This document shows, one piece after another, positions 58,160 through 64,000 of a stretch of DNA of 64,000 bases (position 1 is its first letter; every line of letters starts with the position of its first letter). The translations under genes and the position numbers were made by a program. Source of the DNA: the human T2T-CHM13v2.0 reference genome, Homo sapiens; the NCBI RefSeq assembly GCF_009914755.1, contig NC_060927.1. One strand, given 5' to 3'. The notes beneath the pieces are model-generated. The model was not told the DNA's origin and did no database searches. It was given only the letters and a program-made list of their open reading frames with translations.

Positions 58160-58292
58160 AAAACGGCCACCTGGCACACAACTTCGGGGGGTGCCATTCA
58201 TCTTGAGCTCTGTTTCAAGGCATGTGTTACTCATAGATCACAATACGAATGGTGCCCTCTAGAGCTGTGCAACGCGCATCTGTGCAACGATG
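58160..58292. mobile_element. MER91-like DNA transposon relic
   Basis: CACAACTTCGGGGGGTGCCATTCA...GAATGGTGCCCTCTAGAGCTGTGC imperfect inverted pair. Confidence 0.55.
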
Positions 58293-58586
58293 TTGCTGTG
58301 AGAGGGAGTAATGTCTCATAAAAATCAACATGAAAGAATAGGAAAAACATAGTCTTGGTATTTAGAAATGTTACTGTGTGCCCTTGCGTACTTCATTTTA
58401 TTACCTGGACCTCAATATATATAAAATTGAAAGACCGGACTGGGTGAATTGTATTAAGAGCACTAGGAACATAAATTCAAATTTGTGCTGTATTTACAAA
58501 CCTCTTTTCACAATCACAATTACATTTAATATAATAAAATGAATGATGGCATGTTATTATATTCATCTTATTATTCTCATTTTTAT

Positions 58587-58734
58587 TCTTTTTAATTTTT
58601 TTTTTTTTTGAAAAATAGAGACAGGGTTTTGCTATGTTGCCCAGGCTGGTTTCAAACTCCTGGCTTTAAGCAGTCCTCTCACCTGGGCCTCCCACAGTGT
58701 TAGGATTACAGGTGTAAAGCCACAATACCCAGCC
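58587..58734 (-). mobile_element. FLAM / Alu left monomer
   Basis: T-tail plus a single antisense left arm. Confidence 0.85.
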
Positions 58735-59262
58735 CATCTTGTTATTTTCATAATAAATAAGCTTTTAGTTTTTAACCTGAAGTTCAGTAAGTTCAGCCAA
58801 CTTGTCTGTGATCAGACAACTAGGGACTACTGGTGGCCAAAATAAAAATTCCTAATGGCAAACCCTATGTAGAAGGGGATGATGTCTAGGAAAGAGATGG
58901 AGGATTGGTGATGCATTCACATTCTTCTTATGATCTATTTGCAGATGTCTTCTACGAACATTTGTTTCCCAAACCAGAGAAACCCTTATTCACTCATTAA
59001 CCATTGGGATTTTTGTTCAAAGGCCCATGAATTATTGCTACTTTAAATTTGCAAGCAAATTTATAATTGGATCCTGATGTCCCAGCACCCATAAATATTT
59101 TATAATAATTGTACAAACAACACTTACATTAAGGTTAGTGTAAAAGCCTTAGTAAAACTGTCAAAGCAATTTAAACAGAAAAATATGATTAAGGTGTACT
59201 TTTTACTTTTTTCCCAATAAATATAACTTGTTTTATGATATTCCAGGACATGAACGATTAAA

Positions 59263-59572
59263 ATAGGGAGACCCCCATCTCTACCAAAAAATAGGAAGAA
59301 GAAGAAGAAGAAGAAGAAGAAGAAGAAGAAGAAGAAGAAGAAGAAGAAGAAGAAGAGGAAGAACAAGGAAGAGGAGGAGGAGGAAGGGAGGAAGAAAAGA
59401 AAAAATATTAGCCCGTGGTGGTGGCACACACCTATAGTCCCAGCTATTTGGGACGCTGAGGCCAGAAGACCCCTTGAGGCCAGGAGTTTGAGGCTGCAGT
59501 GAGCCATGATTATGCTACTGTGCTCCAGCCTGTGAGACAGAGTGATATCTTATGTCAAAATAAATAAATAAG
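59263..59572 (+). mobile_element. 5'-truncated AluJ with expanded linker
   Basis: GAGACCCCATCTCTAC end of left arm, purine linker, complete right arm. Confidence 0.88.
59295..59354 (+). repeat. (GAA)20 perfect trinucleotide repeat
   Basis: Counted directly; matches the F20 run in the minus-strand ORF. Confidence 0.97.
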
Positions 59573-60618
59573 TATTGGTGAAAATATAATAGGATAAAAT
59601 TGCAAGCCATAGGAAATGGAAGTCTAGCACTTACAGAGGTAAGCAATCTTATTTAGTTGAAAAAGCAGCAGTACTTAGCGCCACCATACCTAACTATGAA
59701 TTGCTGCCAGGTCCCTTTAACGTCTGTGGGTTTTGGAACCAGTGATTTAACCTCTGTGTGGCTCCATGTCCTCAGACCTGAATTGGAGGTCATACCTATC
59801 TCACTAAACTGTGTGACAATTTAGTACAGTAAGTATGTGAAGTGCCTGATAGAGCATGACAAATGGTGGTATCTGAATTGAGAGTAGTCATGTTCATTAA
59901 TACTAAAAGTTTTACAGGACATTTTTAAACTGTGTATTCATCTATTATGTTTCAAGTGATGTTTAATTTAAGACTTTTCAGTTTGACGTTATTGCAACAG
60001 AGACATGTTTCCCATATGACCACATATATTCCTCCCTAAGTGTTATATGTTGCAGACTATTCTTGTAAAAATATGAGACAGTTAATTTAAATTCATATCA
60101 TTGATTATGTATATGGAGACAAGGTTTATTAAAATTGGCTGGTTGACTTGATTATATCAATTTGTATTTAGGGATCTATGGTCGATAAATTAGATCTGCG
60201 ATTTCTTCCTTTCCTGAGTTTCACAGGCTTTGATCAATAATTTAGAAGCAGCTTTCTTTTAAAAGACATACGCTCAACATAAGCTTAACTGAACGACATG
60301 GATGTTAATAAAACTTTTCTGGCTTTCCAAGCCGTGATTTTATTTAAAACTGAATGGACATAAATCCCCTCTCATTTGCCAAATATAATTTAATCATGCG
60401 ATATGTTATGGTTATTAAACGTTATATATTAGAGTGGGGATGATCTGGGCGTGAATCCTAGCCTTACTATTTACTGGTGTGTGTCCTGACACAAGTTTGT
60501 CAGCTTCTCCAAGCTTCTGTCTGTTCATTGGTTTAATGGGCATAATAATACTTAACTCAGAACTTTGTCTGAATAATTAAATAAAGTATATATATATGTA
60601 AAGTTATATATATATGTA

Positions 60619-60903
60619 TTTGAGACAGGGTCTCACTCTGTCACCCATGGAGTGCAGTGGTGCAATCACAGCTCACTGCAGCCTCCACCTCCCCAGGCTC
60701 AAGTGATTCTCCCACCTCAGCCTCCTGAGTAGCTGGGACTAGAGGTGTGTGCCACCATGCCCAACTAATTTTTTTTTTTTTTTTGTAGAGATGGGGTTTT
60801 GCCATGTTGGCCAGGCTGGTCTCGAACTTCTGGGCTCATGGAATCTGCCCACCTAGGCCTCCCAGAATGCTGGGATTACAGGCATGAGTCACTGTGCTCG
60901 GCC
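60619..60903 (-). mobile_element. AluJ with (TA)n-derived tail, inserted in a MIR
   Basis: Both arms antisense; TA repeats at 60586-60618. Confidence 0.9.
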
Positions 60904-62999
60904 AAACTATCATTTTATTTTTTTTAAAAAATCATATTATCTATCATGTAGTAAAGCCTCAATAATTGTTACTTTCATTATGGATATTATTATTTGTATT
61001 GTTTCATGAGTTTGAAATATTTACCAAATGTCTTTAGAAAACTTCTGAAAATAAAAGCCTTCCAGGAAATTATTTTTATTTTCTAGTTAATAAAATTTTA
61101 TGTTTGAGGATTTTTTAAGGTAAATAAAATAAAAACAGTTATTAGTTTCTTTTTTTTTTTTTTGGCTTAGAACTCTTCAAAAAACAACAACAGAAATGGG
61201 ACCATAGATTCATTAAAAAAAAAATTGTAACATTCTTTCAAATGTTTTATTGAAGTAAAATAATTACAGAAAATTGTTATAAAGACATTGGTAAAGCCAC
61301 AAGGCAGATAAAAAGGAGTTTGAATACTTTGCAAACTCCTGATCCCCCAATTTATAGAAGAGAAAAGATAAGGTTACTAAGAGCAGAATACAGAGGCATA
61401 TAATGTTGTTGATGTTGACATGAATCATGTTGGCAGCTTTTGGAGTTCAAAATGCTTCTTGTTTTCTTGGCAGAGATGGTAATATTGTGAAGCAACAGTG
61501 TATTGAAATTATGAAATAAGAGTTTTTCATGCAAATGTGAGGAATTTGCTGAGGACAAGTAAGAAGAAGGCCAATTCCTATTGTGCAAATCCTCTGGTCA
61601 CTGGCTTCAACTAATAAGGACAAGCAAAAGCATAGGAAGTCATTTCCCTCCTACAAAGATCATTGCAATGAATGGGAACTGGTGCTTTCTGTGGCTCACG
61701 CCCAGTGGGTCTGAGGGGAAATAGAATCAATAAAACTTTAAACATAGTAAGTGCTAAATGAACACTTCATGAATTGAAAGCTGACTAGAAAGCCAGCTAT
61801 GAAGACATATTCTAGAACCACTGGCTGGGGAGGAAAAAAAGCACACCGAATAAAGCACAAGCTGCAATAATCTCTTTAGTTAATATCCGACTTATTTTTT
61901 TTTAAGTATAATGCAGTACATTTCCACAGTGCAGAATTAGAAAATGCAGAAACGAAAAAAAAATGATTTAAATGATAGTAGTCTATGATTTATCACCTGA
62001 CGCAGCCACAGTCTAGCTTTGTGATTGCAAGTGACTTAATTAAGTCTTATTAAGTCTCACTTCACTCAAAGCATGCAATCATAATCCCTTCTTAACGTTT
62101 TGATGGGGATGAATGAGATAATAGGTAGCTTAGCACAAAATCTGGCACATAATAATTGAGTAGCAAAATGGGTAGATTTAATGTTAAAATACTATATTTT
62201 ACAAATGTATGTCTAGTCTTTGTTTCATTGTATGGATAACAGATTTCAGAGTTCATTTCCCGGATATATACTTTTATAACCTGCTCCCTCTATTTTTATC
62301 ATAAGTACTCTCAAACATCAACACAATCTCTTTATAAATATCACATTGAATGGCTACATAATAGGCTATCATAAGACTTCACCAACTTTCTTCAATTATA
62401 ATATCTTTTATTGATAGAAATTTAGGTTGTTTCCTAACCTCTCATAAATAAAGCTACATGAAAATATGTCCATCAAATTTACATTAATGATTCCTCTGGT
62501 ACCTTGAACCCCTACTCCTTCCACACACACTTCTCTATTTTCACCTCTATCCATTCCACTGAGGAGTATGGTAGATTCAGTTTTTAGTCCTGTCTCTGAA
62601 TGTCATTCAACTTTACTGGGCCTCAATTTTTCTCCTGCAAAAAGATCTCCGGGTCACTCTCAAGCCTAACATTCTACTATTTTATGTCTTGAACTTTTGC
62701 TTTTATAAAGGAACAGGTATCATAAAAAGACGATTAAAATTCAAGTCACCAAACCCTGTCAGTACTGCCTCTAATTTATGCGACTGGATGCCAATACCTT
62801 TACCGGATACCAATACCTTTACCAATACCTCGCCTTCTGAGTGTCATTCACCTGTTTACTCCCATCAAGGGGCACTGTTGACTCATTGGGACCCTCCGTC
62901 TGTCATTTTGAAACCCCAAGGTTGCCAGCCATGGAGGCACCCTTCCCATTGAGGCACAGCTTACAGTGCCAGGAGCTGCCTGGCCCCCACTTTCATCTC

Positions 63000-63520
63000 T
63001 AACCTCCTCTGAGGCTGCCTTTCTCTGACTCCCCGTGCGCTAGCTACAGTGCCTTTCTTTAAGGCTACAGTGGCCTTTCTTTCATCTTTTGCTATGCCGA
63101 CTCCTTTCTTGTCTCAGGGCTTTTTCACATCTCTTTGCTCTGTCTGACCTGCCATTCTCTCGCATCTCGTTGCAGGATTACCTTTTTATTCTTTCTTTGG
63201 TGGCAATGAAAATATCGCCTCCTCAAAGCCCTCCCCTGCCCACAGCATAAAAAGCAGCCCTCCCCTTCCCTATTCTGTAACATAGTCCCTTATTGCTCAG
63301 TGACTATCTAGCAATGATCGCAGTCTGAATTTGTTAACTTATTTATTCATGAATATTTTTTCTTCTTTTTTGTTTTTATTTTTGTCTCTGCTCTATAATG
63401 AAAGCTCCATGAAAGCAGGGACTATAGTTGTCCTGTTCTTCATTATAGCACTAGTCTCTACTATGCTATGTGCCTGGAATTTTTTTTTTGTACTCAATAT
63501 TTTTTTTTAATACATGAAAA
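63000..63520 (+). mobile_element. L2 3' fragment
   Basis: TGAAAGCTCCATGAAAGCAGGGAC...GTGCCTGG...TACTCAATA. Confidence 0.65.
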
Positions 63521-64000
63521 AGTATTAGTTGGCCAGATTTCTGCAGAAATTCTGTAAACAAAGAAATCAACGTGAACGCAAACAAACCAAAAACCCTAAC
63601 TCAGCCTTGTTTAAACCTGAATAAAATAAGCAATATCAGGAGTCTTTTAATATTTGTGAAATGTTAGCTTTCTCCTTACATTAAACCTAAACCTCACCAT
63701 CTTGCAAATGGCCAGAACGCCTAGTAAATCAGCCTTCACCTTGACAGAGGAAGAATATAGAGAAAGGATTTCAACAGAACTGAAGTGAGGGTGATCATAG
63801 CAATCTTCAGTGTACTGAGCTGATTTATAGGTACAGACTACTTCTAGATTACCGACCTGCCACTGAATTCCAACTAGGCCCCTTAAAGTATTCCTGCCTG
63901 AGAAAAACACCCCAGCTCTGGATGCACCATCAATATTAAATTCCACGAGAAAGGTGGCTGTGAAAAACACACACGTCTTCCACATTAATGATTCAGGTGA

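Noticed and set aside
59124-59507. Poly-Phe ORF
   Set aside because: Antisense reading of the GAA repeat inside an Alu.
62791-62829. Short CCAATACCTTTA direct repeats
   Set aside because: Two to three copies of ~12 bp; an ordinary slippage micro-duplication with no further structure.

Overview
This is the p-arm end of a primate chromosome, almost certainly human given the Alu, THE1 and MER repertoire. From memory the layout resembles the human 3p end, but I have not verified this. Bases 1-2640 are telomeric (CCCTAA)n, and the proximal ~1 kb of that is a variant-repeat zone. The telomere is joined directly, through a 9-bp fold-back junction, to ~26.5 apparently identical copies of the CpG-rich 29-bp subtelomeric (TAR1/TERRA-promoter-type) repeat. 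That array sits on a truncated ERV1-class LTR pointing toward the telomere. I do not see the 37-bp or 61-bp/CTCF parts of the usual 61-29-37 module, nor any recognisable subtelomeric duplicon gene (WASH/DDX11L-type). The remaining ~60 kb is AT-rich, CpG-poor non-coding DNA dense in Alu, L1, L2, MIR, MaLR, ERV1 LTR and DNA-transposon relics. No protein-coding gene is supported; the listed ORFs I could trace come from repeats, and the rest look like chance ORFs. The most interesting structure is the telomere/29-mer/LTR junction, which reads like a truncated and healed chromosome end with a stripped-down TERRA-type promoter. Repeat family names are recognised by eye, and boundaries without a TSD are approximate.
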